Assembly (NCBI GenBank): GCA_027460535.1
Contig: JAPZAR010000021.1
Location: 1-32,000 of the forward strand
Direction of reading: 5' to 3'
DNA: 32,000 bases
Origin: Candidatus Methanoperedens sp.
Lineage (GTDB): Archaea; Halobacteriota; Methanosarcinia; Methanosarcinales; Methanoperedenaceae
This document shows positions 14,228-24,318 of this stretch, one piece after another. The notes under the pieces were generated by a model. The model saw nothing but the letters and a program-made list of their open reading frames with translations. It had not been told where the DNA came from and did no database searches. Positions within the stretch are counted from its first letter, which is position 1; the number at the start of each line of letters is the position of its first letter. A program made the position numbers and the translations under genes.

Positions 14228-15124
14228 TCAATGACCAATAATTTCCACTCCTTTTCCAATCGTGGTCATGAAAGCCTCGCTCCTGACATGGCTTTCTAGA
14301 AAAGCCTGTTTCATAGCCTGTGCAACCACATCCCTTTCGTTCATCCTACAGACCGCTATCATTGTCGGCCCTGAACCGCTGATAGTTACTCCAGCGGCGC
14401 CTGCCTCAAGCCCTTTTTTCTTGACTTCCGCATATCCTTTGATGAGCTCTGAGCGCCTTTCCTCTATTATCCTGTTCTCCATGCTTTCCCCTATCAGTTC
14501 TATATCGCCTTTTATCATGCCAATGACCATCGACGCTGCGCTGCCCACATTGAAAGAAGCGTTCTTAAGGGAGATCTTTTCAGGAAGAATGGCGCGAGCC
14601 TTACGTGTACTGACGATTATATCGGGGTGAACTGCCACAATTCCGATGTTGGCGGGCATCAGGGAAATTACTCTGTTCTTGTGCACTATCGAAAAACCAC
14701 CATAGATGGCAGGTGCCACGTTATCAGCATGCGCGACTCCGGCAACGACTTTCTCACCTTCCGCTGCAATGCGAACAAGTTCTTCTTTTGAAAGCCCGAG
14801 GTCGTATATCTCATTCAGGGCGAAAGCTGTCCCTGCTGCGGGCGCGGCGCTGCTTCCAAGCCCGCTGGATAGGGGAATATTCCGATGTATCGTGATCTTA
14901 GCGGGTTTTTCAAGAACGGAGGCAACAACACCGGCAGTGTTCTTTCGAGGGTCTGTTGGTATATGTTCTGAACCTTTCCCCCGGATTATTATTTCCGTTT
15001 TCTTACTTTTTTTGACTTCGATTATATCAGCAGGAATTTCTAAGGCGATACCGAATACATCAAATCCTGCACCAAGGTTTGCAGAAGTCGCGGGAACTCT
15101 GACCTTCAGATAATCCTTTTGCAT
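14228..15124 (-). CDS. thrB: homoserine kinase
   Basis: PATSANLGAGFDVFG, GLGSSAA (GHMP motif), HADNVAPAIYGG and ISGSGPT. It is collinear with M. jannaschii ThrB as I recall it. Confidence 0.92.
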   Translation of the reverse strand: MQKDYLKVRVPATSANLGAGFDVFGIALEIPADIIEVKKSKKTEIIIRGKGSEHIPTDPRKNTAGVVASVLEKPAKITIHRNIPLSSGLGSSAAPAAGTAFALNEIYDLGLSKEELVRIAAEGEKVVAGVAHADNVAPAIYGGFSIVHKNRVISLMPANIGIVAVHPDIIVSTRKARAILPEKISLKNASFNVGSAASMVIGMIKGDIELIGESMENRIIEERRSELIKGYAEVKKKGLEAGAAGVTISGSGPTMIAVCRMNERDVVAQAMKQAFLESHVRSEAFMTTIGKGVEIIGH

Positions 15125-15606
15125 TATTTTTTATAACCTATTGTGCGAAGGAACGATTTCCTTTCTTCGACATCTTTTTCAGTTTCAATACCTTTCGGGC
15201 TTTCCCCGTCTATAACCCCAAGTATTCCTCTTCCCTGTTCTGTCCTGGCAATTATGACTTCAACAGGATTTGATGTTGCGCAATAAATGCTGCATACCTC
15301 ACCAATGTTCTTTATCGCGTTCAGGATATTTATCGGATAGGCGTTCTTAATAAATATAATGAAGCAGTGGCCGCAGCCAAGAGAAGAAGCATTATCTCGC
15401 GCCGCTCCTATTAGCATATCATCATTTCCCTCGCTCCTTACGAGGCACTTTCCTGAAGCTTCGCAAAATGCAAGCCCGAATTTTATCCCGGGGACGGATG
15501 TAACGAGAACCTCATATAGATCCTCGGTGCTTTTGATGAAATGCGTTTGGCCGAGTATCAAGTTCGTATCTTGCGGCGCATCGATTTTGACGGAAACTAT
15601 TTCCAT
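15124..15606 (-). CDS. adenosine-specific kinase family protein (PF04008-like)
   Basis: LILGQTHFIKSTEDLYEVLVTSVPGIKFGLAFCEASGKCLVR and GRGILGVIDGESP are typical of this conserved archaeal family. Its stop overlaps the thrB start by 1 nt (TAATG). Confidence 0.8.
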   Translation of the reverse strand: MEIVSVKIDAPQDTNLILGQTHFIKSTEDLYEVLVTSVPGIKFGLAFCEASGKCLVRSEGNDDMLIGAARDNASSLGCGHCFIIFIKNAYPINILNAIKNIGEVCSIYCATSNPVEVIIARTEQGRGILGVIDGESPKGIETEKDVEERKSFLRTIGYKK

Positions 15607-15714
15607 ACTTTCCTCCCTTTTTTATTATTGTTTTTTAAGTATTTATGTTGTTTGTAGATAACCCTTAAATAGATTGTTTACCTCTCAGAATAAAAAGTTT
15701 ACAATGGGTGACAT

Positions 15715-16353
15715 ATGTCGGAGTTCAACAGCGAATTAAAAAATATATCTGCAAAATATGAGTCGATTAAATATGATTTATTCAAATGGCGGTTTGAATC
15801 CACATTTGCGAACAAAGTTGTCCTTGCGCTGGGCTTTGCGTGTTTAACAGGATTGCTCGCACAATTGCGGTTTTATCTCCCTTACACGCCCGTGCCTGTA
15901 ACAGGCCAGGTTTTTGCCGTTCTACTTTCAGGCGTCGTTCTCGGCAAATGGTACGGTGGGTTGAGCCAGGGATTCTACACAGCTATTGGAGTGCTGGGGG
16001 TTCCGTGGTTTGCTGATGCAAAAAGTGGTATGGCGGTCCTCACGGGAGTAACGGGCGGTTATATCATTGGATTTATTGCCGCTTCATTGATAATAGGATG
16101 GTTCACTGATATGTATATAAAGTCCAGGGGTTTCGTCGTGATGTTCAGCGTCATGCTTCTCGGGATAGCAGTGATTTACCTGGCTGGAATGATTCAGCTG
16201 GCGTTCGTACTTGGAGTCAATGCACAAAAGGCAATTGAACTGGGCGTACTTCCCTTCGTCGGTGTCGATATATACAAGGCATTGATAGACGCGGCGATCG
16301 CAACGGCTATTGTCCCGAAAACCGGATACGGAAATGAACTTGATTCCAGATGA
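15715..16353 (+). CDS. bioY: biotin transporter BioY
   Basis: PYTPVPVTGQVFAVLLSGVVLGKWYG and GYIIGFIAASLIIG are typical BioY. About 5-6 TM helices. Confidence 0.85.
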   Translation: MSEFNSELKNISAKYESIKYDLFKWRFESTFANKVVLALGFACLTGLLAQLRFYLPYTPVPVTGQVFAVLLSGVVLGKWYGGLSQGFYTAIGVLGVPWFADAKSGMAVLTGVTGGYIIGFIAASLIIGWFTDMYIKSRGFVVMFSVMLLGIAVIYLAGMIQLAFVLGVNAQKAIELGVLPFVGVDIYKALIDAAIATAIVPKTGYGNELDSR

Positions 16354-16386
16354 ATTGTTGTTTATCAGAACGAGAAATCCCAAAGA

Positions 16387-16887
16387 ATGATATATATTGT
16401 TGACGCTTCACTTTTCATCATAAGAAAAAGGCTTGAAGGAAACATTGTGACCGTCCCCTCAGTGGTACAGGAACTCAGGGATGAAAATGCTATTACAACA
16501 ATGGAATTAATGAAGGCAAGGATCGAGCCGCCGCTTGAACGTTTCAAAAAGGAAGTCTTATCCAAAGCCGGGATAACAAAGGACAGCGAGGAACTCTCGG
16601 ATACAGACATCGATATTCTGGCAAAGGCGTTGGAATATTCAAGATGCGAGGAAACAATCCTTGTGACTGATGATTTTGCAGCCCAGAACACCGCGATTCA
16701 ACTTGGAATCAAGGTTATGCCTGCGGGGCAGAGAATGATAAAAGATATCCTGATGTGGGAAAAACAGTGCATCGGGTGCAAGAGGCGATATCCGCAGGGA
16801 GATGTCTGCCCTGTATGCGGTTCCCCCATGAAAAAGAGGAGAAAAGGCCATGTTAAGGCCATGGGTGGAAGTATTAAAAAAGTTTAA
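16387..16887 (+). CDS. nob1: Nob1-like endonuclease (PIN domain plus Zn ribbon)
   Basis: N-terminal PIN (IVDASLFI ... LSDTDIDILAKA ... LVTDDFAAQN) followed by CIGC-x12-CPVC and a basic tail. Confidence 0.8.
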   Translation: MIYIVDASLFIIRKRLEGNIVTVPSVVQELRDENAITTMELMKARIEPPLERFKKEVLSKAGITKDSEELSDTDIDILAKALEYSRCEETILVTDDFAAQNTAIQLGIKVMPAGQRMIKDILMWEKQCIGCKRRYPQGDVCPVCGSPMKKRRKGHVKAMGGSIKKV

Positions 16888-17013
16888 GAAAAATTCAATT
16901 ACAGTTTATATCTTCATCCTATACTTAACGACCAAAAGCTTTTTTAATGAATAAGCATAATGTTAATATGTTCGTAGGATTACGAATATTATAAATGAGG
17001 TATAAAAATTAAA

Positions 17014-17535
17014 ATGGAAATCGGAAATATCAGAAATGAGAACAACTTTCATGGCCGGCTGGACAACGCTAAGACCCTTGCAGACATCTTCGAGGTGGTT
17101 AAAGCTGCCGTCTGGGTGAGCCAGAGGAAGAGCCGCGCCGGTTTGATGCTGGGACTTGCCAACCTGGGGAACCATCCGCAGGGATTTTTTGGAGGCTTCT
17201 ATCCCGTTGGTACAAATGTGATCGTTATGAACAAAGTCCCTCTTGAGAGGATAAAAGAAACAAGACCTGAGCTTTACAAGCCATATATTTTTCATATCCT
17301 TATGCATGAGTACCTGCATACCCTCGGATACCTGAGCGAAAGTGGAGTGAGAGTCATGGTTCTTCAGATAACAAGAGAGGTCTTCGGGGATGAGCATCTT
17401 GCAACAAAAATAGCCGTAGATACCACCCATTTCTTCAAGAACCTTGTTTATCCTGATGCAACATGGCAGCCGGATAATATGAAAATGGAGCTTGTTGAGG
17501 GCTTTGACAGGGGCAGCACGAATTACATCAATTAA
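17014..17535 (+). CDS. putative Zn metalloprotease-like protein (HExxH)
   Basis: ILMHEYLHTLGY contains HExxH. No Cys-rich archaemetzincin tail. The family is otherwise unrecognised. Confidence 0.55.
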   Translation: MEIGNIRNENNFHGRLDNAKTLADIFEVVKAAVWVSQRKSRAGLMLGLANLGNHPQGFFGGFYPVGTNVIVMNKVPLERIKETRPELYKPYIFHILMHEYLHTLGYLSESGVRVMVLQITREVFGDEHLATKIAVDTTHFFKNLVYPDATWQPDNMKMELVEGFDRGSTNYIN

Positions 17536-17782
17536 GACCATAATTACATTATGAAAAATCGATAAGGGAGCCCGGCATCATTCTGGGCATCAACTTGGAA
17601 TTCCGGCTTCCTGCTTTTTTGCCTTGCCAAATGATGGAACCGGACAAATACAGCAATAATATTCCTGGAATAATTGAAACGATAAATGTTCTGGATAGGA
17701 TTTCACACTTTTCAGATACTGGGTTCCGAAACGCATATCTATTGTAAATAGAATATATCACTATAGAGGGGAGGAGAAAACA

Positions 17783-18361
17783 ATGAAACATCTGATTATC
17801 TATTCGCACCCGAATCCCAGGAGTTTCTGCCATGCCATCCTTGAAACCACTTCAGGGGCTCTAAAAGCAAAAAGGCATGAAGTTGTAGTAAGGGACCTGT
17901 ATGCATTGGATTTTGACCCAGTGTTGAAAAGTGGCGATATAGAAGGGATCATATCCGGGAAAGTTCCTGCAGAAATTAAAGCAGAACAGGACAAGATAAC
18001 CTGGGCCGATGTCATTACCTTCATATATCCCATCTGGTGGACAGGCTTACCAGCTATGGTAAAAGGCTACATTGACCGTGTGTTCTCATTGAATTTTGCA
18101 TATTCTATGGGAGCCGGAGGACCTATCGGGCTGCTTGCGGGCAAAAAAGTTGTTATTTTCAACACAACAGGAGCAGCCAGGGAGATATACGATTCCACTG
18201 GAATGTTTGATGCCATGAAAAAGGCATCAGATACCGGGATTTTTAATTTTTCCGGGATTGAAGTTGTGGAACATAAATTTTTCACTTCAGTGCCTTCTAC
18301 GGATGATGCTACAAGAAAGGGGTATTTATTGGAAGCTAAAGCCTTGATGGGCCTATTTTAA
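17783..18361 (+). CDS. flavodoxin-like fold NAD(P)H-dependent oxidoreductase
   Basis: MKHLIIYSHPNPRSFCHAI and IYPIWWTGLPAMVKGYIDRV match the Flavodoxin_2 / NAD(P)H dehydrogenase (quinone) family. ggaggag lies 7-8 nt upstream. Confidence 0.85.
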   Translation: MKHLIIYSHPNPRSFCHAILETTSGALKAKRHEVVVRDLYALDFDPVLKSGDIEGIISGKVPAEIKAEQDKITWADVITFIYPIWWTGLPAMVKGYIDRVFSLNFAYSMGAGGPIGLLAGKKVVIFNTTGAAREIYDSTGMFDAMKKASDTGIFNFSGIEVVEHKFFTSVPSTDDATRKGYLLEAKALMGLF

Positions 18362-18421
18362 TATATCTCCCGAACACCCAACCTTTTAATACAAAGATGG
18401 TATTATCATTCGTTGATTGCT

Positions 18422-19042
18422 ATGAAAACAATTGATGAACTGATCCAGAAAGCTGTCGAGCTTCAGGCTGCCGGGCTTCTAACAGGCCAGATCGCAGATG
18501 AATTGAACGTTTCCCGCGAAACAGCCACATGGCTTCTCACCCATGCAAAAAAAGGAGATAATGTTCAGGCTCCTAAGGATATTTACGTGGATTGGAGCAA
18601 TATCGGTCGAAGTTCAACCAGGCAGAGGTTGATCGCCGGGGCCCTCACGGATATGATCCTTGATTGTCTTGAAGAAACGTGCGTGAATGTGGTCATCGGC
18701 GTAGCCCTCAGTGGAATTCCACTTGCAAACATGGTGGCAGATGAATTGGGATGTGAATTTTCAACGTATCATCCCAATAAGCAGCGCTGGGAGCCAGAAT
18801 CAAAAGAAACAAAAGGTACCATAAGCCAGAACTTCGCGCAGGTGGAAGGCAAGAACTGCGTTCTCATCGATGATGTGGTCACGACAGGCACAACACTTAC
18901 AGAGGCAGTAGCTGTGCTTGAGGCACTTAATGCAAAGCCTGTTGCTATCGCGGTGCTGGTGGATAAGAAAGGTATAGACAGCATCCAGGGCGTACCGATC
19001 AATGCTTTATTGCGTGTGACCAGAGTGGATAAGATAGAATAA
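18422..19042 (+). CDS. orotate phosphoribosyltransferase-like protein with N-terminal HTH (GfcR/PyrE2-like)
   Basis: N-terminal HTH ([20 protein letters not shown]) plus a PRTase PRPP motif ([13 protein letters not shown]). ATG 18422 is preferred over the track TTG 18413. Confidence 0.8.
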   Translation: MKTIDELIQKAVELQAAGLLTGQIADELNVSRETATWLLTHAKKGDNVQAPKDIYVDWSNIGRSSTRQRLIAGALTDMILDCLEETCVNVVIGVALSGIPLANMVADELGCEFSTYHPNKQRWEPESKETKGTISQNFAQVEGKNCVLIDDVVTTGTTLTEAVAVLEALNAKPVAIAVLVDKKGIDSIQGVPINALLRVTRVDKIE

Positions 19043-19045
19043 AAA

Positions 19046-19555
19046 ATGCCAGACTGGCCGATCCATTTAATCGTCCCTCTGCTTGCCCTTCTGATAGTGA
19101 GCAAGAAAGAGGATCATAAATATATCCTCCTACTTTTGCCGCTTGCAGTAGTACCTGATTTTGACACTTTATTGACCCAGCACAGGGCGCTCCTTCACAA
19201 CATTTTCATCCCGTCGTTTTTTCTGCTTTTCGGCCTGCTTCTGAAAGAAAAGAGATCGATTTTCATTATAGCCTCGGTCTACCTTGCGTCCCATGTCTTC
19301 ATGGATATTTTCGACGGCGGGACAGTGCTTTTCTATCCTTTCTATAATCAGATGGCGTTCATTGATGCAAGTCTCGGGATGAGTAAAACAAATGAACTTT
19401 TGTGGACATTTAATTATGGTTTCAAACAGTATGGCACAGGATGGATGAAAGCATACGGCTATATCTCTGATAGCATAGGTACGGGTGCAATGCTTTTTGT
19501 GTTTCTGGCAGGAATATGTGTTGTATACAGGAACAGGATGAAACGGATTCGATGA
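19046..19555 (+). CDS. membrane-bound metal-dependent hydrolase family protein (YdjM/DUF457-like)
   Basis: MPDWPIHLIVPLLAL, HRALLHNIF and HVFMDIFDGG are His/Asp-rich motifs in a 4-5 TM protein. Confidence 0.65.
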   Translation: MPDWPIHLIVPLLALLIVSKKEDHKYILLLLPLAVVPDFDTLLTQHRALLHNIFIPSFFLLFGLLLKEKRSIFIIASVYLASHVFMDIFDGGTVLFYPFYNQMAFIDASLGMSKTNELLWTFNYGFKQYGTGWMKAYGYISDSIGTGAMLFVFLAGICVVYRNRMKRIR

Positions 19556-21018
19556 CAAAAAATCTCATGATCGTCGGGACAAGCTCCCACGTCGGAAAAA
19601 GCATGCTTGTGACCGCTCTTTGCAGGATACTGTCAAGAAGATACAGAGTCGCCCCTTTCAAGGCCCAGAACATGAGCCTCAATTCCTGGATAACCCGTGA
19701 CGGCAGGGAGATAGGGATCGCCCAGGCCATCCAGGCAAACGCTGCGGGGGTAGAACCCAGTGCAGATATGAATCCTGTTCTTTTAAAGCCGAAAGGCTCG
19801 CATATTTCTCAGGTCGTTATCCTGGGAAAACCGTATGCGGACAAAAAGGCAGGGGATTACTACGATTCGATCGGTGAAATGATGTCGATAGTTGGCGAAG
19901 CGTATAATAGACTTGCTTCGGCTTACGATGTGATCGTGATTGAAGGAGCTGGCGGGGCGGCTGAAATAAACCTGTACCACAGGGATATCGTGAATATAGG
20001 TATGGCGAGGCTGGTCCATCCCGAAATGATACTGGTTGGCGATATTGAACGCGGCGGCGTGTTCGCAAGTATCTATGGAACATTGCAATTGCTTCCCGAA
20101 GACGTGAAGCCGCTCATTCGCGGAATAATAATAAACAAATTCAGAGGAGATAAAAGCCTGCTTGAGCCGGGAGTAAGGCAACTTGAAGAACTTACAGGTC
20201 TGCCGGTTATCGGGGTTATTCCATACACGGATATAAAGATCCCGTCTGAAGATTCCGTGTCCATAAAGGATAAGACCAGAAACGGTCACCCGGTCAGGAT
20301 AGCCGTGATACGACTATCGCACATTTCTAACTTCACGGATTTTGAACCTCTTGAGAAACAAGCTGATATCAGATATGTCGATCCGGGGGAAGAACTCGAT
20401 GAACCTGATGCTATCATAATCCCCGGTACGAAAAACACTATCGACGACCTTATGGAGCTGACCTCAACAGGTATGGATAAAAAAATAATTGAAGAGGCAG
20501 GAAAAGGGACTCCAGTTTTTGGAATATGTGGAGGATACCAGATCCTGGGAGAGGAAATAGTAGATAGTGGAATTGAAGGCACAACAGGGGTCTGTTCGAT
20601 AAAAGGTCTGGGTCTTCTCAATGTTTCCACACGATTTGGCATTTATGAGAAACAGACAAGGCAGGTTGATATGATCATATCGGGTAATGGTGGGATCCTG
20701 GGGCCTTTAAAAGGGGAGAAAGTGAGGGGATATGAGATCCACATGGGTGAAACCTTGATAAAATCGTCCCACGAGAAAGCTGTTCACAATGCCTTCGGCG
20801 ATGACGGATGCGTGAGTGAAAACGGTCTTGTCATAGGGACTTACCTTCACGGCCTCTTCGAAAATAGGAATATTAAAGACTCATTCCTCAGTTATTTATA
20901 TAAACGGAAAGGTATGATATTTAAGAGTGAAGACGTCGGCGATAAGATAGAAGAATTGGCAGGATTTGTTGAGCACCAGATAGATATGGACTTCATATAC
21001 CACATGCTGGAGGATTAA
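19552..21018 (+). CDS. cobQ: cobyric acid synthase
   Basis: MTKNLMIVGTSSHVGKS, PFKAQNMSLNS, and a C-terminal GATase domain (GICGGYQILG ... YLHGLF). ATG 19552 overlaps the upstream stop (ATGA). Confidence 0.92.
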   Translation: MTKNLMIVGTSSHVGKSMLVTALCRILSRRYRVAPFKAQNMSLNSWITRDGREIGIAQAIQANAAGVEPSADMNPVLLKPKGSHISQVVILGKPYADKKAGDYYDSIGEMMSIVGEAYNRLASAYDVIVIEGAGGAAEINLYHRDIVNIGMARLVHPEMILVGDIERGGVFASIYGTLQLLPEDVKPLIRGIIINKFRGDKSLLEPGVRQLEELTGLPVIGVIPYTDIKIPSEDSVSIKDKTRNGHPVRIAVIRLSHISNFTDFEPLEKQADIRYVDPGEELDEPDAIIIPGTKNTIDDLMELTSTGMDKKIIEEAGKGTPVFGICGGYQILGEEIVDSGIEGTTGVCSIKGLGLLNVSTRFGIYEKQTRQVDMIISGNGGILGPLKGEKVRGYEIHMGETLIKSSHEKAVHNAFGDDGCVSENGLVIGTYLHGLFENRNIKDSFLSYLYKRKGMIFKSEDVGDKIEELAGFVEHQIDMDFIYHMLED

Positions 21019-21962
21019 TGAAAAAGCTTCTGGAGACCGTGCAAAAGATAAGATCCATGGAAATCCGTGGCGCTGGAAGTATTGCACGGACAGCAGCTGC
21101 TGAACTTCGGGATTATGCAGGGCGCGTTGCGGCAAGCGACATAGATGTATTCAATGAAAAAATGAAACATGCTGCCGAACTTCTTGCTGGCACGCGTCCC
21201 ACGGCTGTATCCCTGCCAAATGCAGTGAGGGCAGTTATGAGGTATGAAGGCGAGACTGTTGAGGAGGCAAATTCCAGCATTAAAAAGCTGGCGGATGAAT
21301 TTATCCGTAATTCAGAGAACGCAATCAAGCGGATAGGTGAGATAGGGGCGCGGAGGGTGCGCAACGGAGATACGATAATGACGCACTGTAATTCAGCAGC
21401 TGCTATCTCGATAATCGCCGAAGCACATGCGCAGGGAAAGCAAATCAATGTCATAGCTACGGAATCGCGACCCAGATTGCAGGGACATATTACGATCAAG
21501 CAGCTTGATGCCCTGGGGATCAAGACTTCGCTGATAGTGGATTCCGCTGTGCGTTATTTCATGAAGGATATTGACCTTGTGATAATGGGTGCTGACGCCA
21601 TAACGGCCAATGGTTCGGTCATCAACAAGATAGGGACTTCCCAGTTAGCGCTGGCTGCCCACGAAGCCCGGAAAAATGTCATTATCGCTGCCGAAACCTA
21701 TAAATTCAGCCCGAAAACCTTGCTGGGTGAGCTTGTTGAGATAGAAGAGCGGGATAGCAGCGAAGTAATCAGCAGGGAAAAACTGGAAGTGTTTTCAAAC
21801 GTCAGCGTGAGGAACCCTGCGTTCGATGTTACGCCGCGGGAATATATCGATCTCATAATCACGGAGGTTGGGGCAATTCCACCTGAAATGGCATATGTCA
21901 TTATCAAGGATTATTTGGGCTACGGGATTGAGGAAATGAATTCCAACGGGACGAAAAAATAG
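21018..21962 (+). CDS. ribose-1,5-bisphosphate isomerase (eIF-2B alpha/beta/delta-like family)
   Basis: IRSMEIRGAGSIARTAAAEL and TRPTAVSLPNAVR match the Thermococcus TK0185-type R15P isomerase subgroup rather than MtnA (which has VRGAPAIG). The start overlaps the cobQ stop (TAATG). Confidence 0.8.
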   Translation: MKKLLETVQKIRSMEIRGAGSIARTAAAELRDYAGRVAASDIDVFNEKMKHAAELLAGTRPTAVSLPNAVRAVMRYEGETVEEANSSIKKLADEFIRNSENAIKRIGEIGARRVRNGDTIMTHCNSAAAISIIAEAHAQGKQINVIATESRPRLQGHITIKQLDALGIKTSLIVDSAVRYFMKDIDLVIMGADAITANGSVINKIGTSQLALAAHEARKNVIIAAETYKFSPKTLLGELVEIEERDSSEVISREKLEVFSNVSVRNPAFDVTPREYIDLIITEVGAIPPEMAYVIIKDYLGYGIEEMNSNGTKK

Positions 21963-21963
21963 G

Positions 21964-22632
21964 CTATATCTTTCCCACAAGGTCAAGAAGCGCGGCCTTT
22001 GGGTCTTTTGCCTTGATAACTCCGGAAGCCAGAAGCACGCCGCATGTCCCGAGTTCCAGAGCAGCTGCAACATCTTCTCCTTTTGAAATGCCGGCACCGC
22101 AGAGAACGTCAACATCTGGAGCTATTTTTTTTACTGCCATGACAGACCCGCTTACTATGTCAGGGTCGGCCTTTGAAACAGGAATACCCGAACCTATTAG
22201 CTCGGGAGGCTCAATCGCAACAAAATCAGGCGCCAATGTCGCTGCTGCTGTGGTAACAGAAACATTGTTCGTGCACACGATGGTATTCAATCCTGCTTTT
22301 TTTGCGCAATGGAGCGCTGAATCGATATCTGATAGCAGGAGACGCCGTTCCGAGTGATTTATAAGCGTGCCACGGGCTCCTGCAGATTTGACGCATTCAG
22401 CAGTGATGTGGCCGGTGTAGCTCCCCGCTCCCACGCCATCGATATGCTGGGCAAAAACCGGGATTTTGACTGAAGATGCCACTCTATATAAATCGGGTAC
22501 CTGCGGGCAGACGATGATTTCAATACCTGATTCATCGCTAACTTCCTCGCAATAACGGGTGATTCTCACAGCTTTCTCGCCGATACCTTCGGTATAGGTT
22601 TTGAAGTTCAGCACTATCAGCGGCTTTCTCAT
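21964..22632 (-). CDS. tpiA: triosephosphate isomerase, archaeal short type
   Basis: 222 aa. LIVLNFKTY, GTLINHSERR, AIEPPELIG and CGAGIS. Confidence 0.92.
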   Translation of the reverse strand: MRKPLIVLNFKTYTEGIGEKAVRITRYCEEVSDESGIEIIVCPQVPDLYRVASSVKIPVFAQHIDGVGAGSYTGHITAECVKSAGARGTLINHSERRLLLSDIDSALHCAKKAGLNTIVCTNNVSVTTAAATLAPDFVAIEPPELIGSGIPVSKADPDIVSGSVMAVKKIAPDVDVLCGAGISKGEDVAAALELGTCGVLLASGVIKAKDPKAALLDLVGKI

Positions 22633-22641
22633 GTGGAATAA

Positions 22642-23412
22642 TTATGGTGCGTATACTTCTTCCCTTGGATGAACCACTATGCCGGTTGATGTGATATCAT
22701 ACGGATGGATATTCTGACTGTGGTTTGTACCTCTCATCTTGAATATTTCTACACTGCGCACCCTTACCGCATCAGCTCGCTTATAGTACATCAAAATGGT
22801 ACCTTCAGTTACGAATGTTTCAACACCGAACCTGCTGGCCTGGGTCTCATCAATGATTTCGCATGTCATCAGCGAGGTCAGCCCGAGGATTTCAAGAGTT
22901 GTGCTTAATTTCAGAAGCTCGACCCTTATCTTTGCAGGGTCCTGTAGATAAAAACCAATGGATGTAGTCCCATCTACTAAAGCCCTTTTTGCATCAATAT
23001 CTTCCTGTATAGCAATGATCTGGTCAAGCATCGAACGCATATCAAAGGGTCTTACATCAACATACTTTTCATGTGAAGGAATGCCGATCTTAGTAGAACA
23101 GGCATCGAGGATAGCTAGTTTTCCTTCATCCTCGAGGGCTTCAAAATCCCATCCGAACTGTCTCACATTCTCTCTGACCTGTTCCGGGCGCTCTTCTGTC
23201 GCTATAAAGATGCCATTTTCGCCGTATTTCGTAATGCCGTTGTAGAGATACTGGAGCCCGAATATGGTCTTACCTGCGCCCGCTGCCCCGGATATAAGAT
23301 AGGTCCGGTTCCGCAGCAGTCCGCCACCGCATAAATCATCAAAACCAGGAATTCCCGTTGGGACGCGTTGTGTGTCCATTGTTTCAGTTTTTGCCTGCTT
23401 TTTTTCAGCCAT
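22642..23412 (-). CDS. KaiC-like / RecA-superfamily ATPase
   Basis: GIPGFDDLCGGGLLRNRTYLISGAAGAGKT (Walker A) and a single KaiC-type domain. ATG 23412 is preferred over the track GTG 23424. Confidence 0.8.
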   Translation of the reverse strand: MAEKKQAKTETMDTQRVPTGIPGFDDLCGGGLLRNRTYLISGAAGAGKTIFGLQYLYNGITKYGENGIFIATEERPEQVRENVRQFGWDFEALEDEGKLAILDACSTKIGIPSHEKYVDVRPFDMRSMLDQIIAIQEDIDAKRALVDGTTSIGFYLQDPAKIRVELLKLSTTLEILGLTSLMTCEIIDETQASRFGVETFVTEGTILMYYKRADAVRVRSVEIFKMRGTNHSQNIHPYDITSTGIVVHPREEVYAP

Positions 23413-23609
23413 ATAATTTATCACCTGATTATATACTAATCTTTTACTGACAGATATAAATACTTATTTATCAAATTTTAATGATAATGATGAATTATGC
23501 GCCGGAAAGCTACATTGCACAGATACTGTCTAAATAATTTTAAACTCGAACTTTCAAGGATTTACAAAAAATATATAACGCTACACTACCTCTTTGGGGT
23601 GGTGGAATC

Positions 23610-24314
23610 ATGGTGCTTCCTGATAAATTCAAATGTGTTATAACCAACTGGGATTATATCTATGACCTGTGCAGGCATGTATCAGACGAAGTAAAAAGAT
23701 CGGGGTATAAACCCGATACAATAATCGCGCTGGCACGGGGAGGTTGGTTTGCAGGAAGGGTGCTCTGCGATTTCCTTGGGCTCAATGACCTGACAAGCCT
23801 TAAGATCGAACATTACGTGGGCACCGCATCGGCGGGGAGCGGCCCGGCTATCAGGTATCCTCTGGCTGACAATGCTGTGGCAGGAAAGAAAGTACTCATT
23901 GTGGATGATATCACGGATACGGGAAAAAGCATCGTTCATGCGAAAGAGTATGTCGAGAGGCAGAACCCGGCGGAAGTCAGAACAGCAGTGCTTCAATACC
24001 TTTACACCTCTGATGTCAAGCCGGATTATTGCGGGGAAGTTGTACAGGAATGGGCATGGATCGTATACCCATGGAATTTTATCGAGGATATGATCGATAT
24101 AATCTCACGGCTTATGGCCAAAGAAAAAAAGGATGAATGGACAATTGAGAAAATAAGATCGGGATTGTTGAAATACCATAATATCGATCCCATAAGCTAT
24201 GAGATAGCTCAGCCGAATCGGATGGATGAGATACTCGAAGAAATGACCTGCAGGGGAATAGTCAAAGCAAAATCAGTTTCGGGTGAAAAAACGTGGAAAT
24301 ACGAAGGAGCGTGA
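23610..24314 (+). CDS. purine phosphoribosyltransferase (hypoxanthine/guanine-type) with about a 60-aa C-terminal extension
   Basis: IIALARGGWFAGRVL, the PRPP motif VLIVDDITDTGKS, and WIVYPWN. The C-terminal extension is EKIRSGLL...MDEILEEMTCRGIVKAK. Confidence 0.8.
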   Translation: MVLPDKFKCVITNWDYIYDLCRHVSDEVKRSGYKPDTIIALARGGWFAGRVLCDFLGLNDLTSLKIEHYVGTASAGSGPAIRYPLADNAVAGKKVLIVDDITDTGKSIVHAKEYVERQNPAEVRTAVLQYLYTSDVKPDYCGEVVQEWAWIVYPWNFIEDMIDIISRLMAKEKKDEWTIEKIRSGLLKYHNIDPISYEIAQPNRMDEILEEMTCRGIVKAKSVSGEKTWKYEGA

Positions 24315-24318
24315 AGTT

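Noticed and set aside
16963-17541. 192-aa minus-strand ORF
   Set aside because: It mirrors the plus-strand HExxH gene almost end to end. The plus-strand product has the more protein-like composition and a metal-binding motif.
17549-17833. 94-aa minus-strand ORF with two hydrophobic stretches
   Set aside because: Its 5' end overlaps by 51 nt the start of the well-supported flavodoxin-like gene, which has a strong ggagg ribosome-binding site. Internal starts still overlap. It could be a real small membrane protein, but it is unsupported.
19783-20642. Minus-strand ORFs opposite cobQ
   Set aside because: They are antisense shadows of a clearly identified gene.
21018-21962. Reading the eIF-2B-like gene as methylthioribose-1-P isomerase (MtnA) to complete a DHAP-shunt set
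   Set aside because: The N-terminal MEIRGAGSIARTAA motif fits the ribose-1,5-bisphosphate isomerase subgroup, not the MtnA VRGAPAIG pattern. I do not count it as MtnA.
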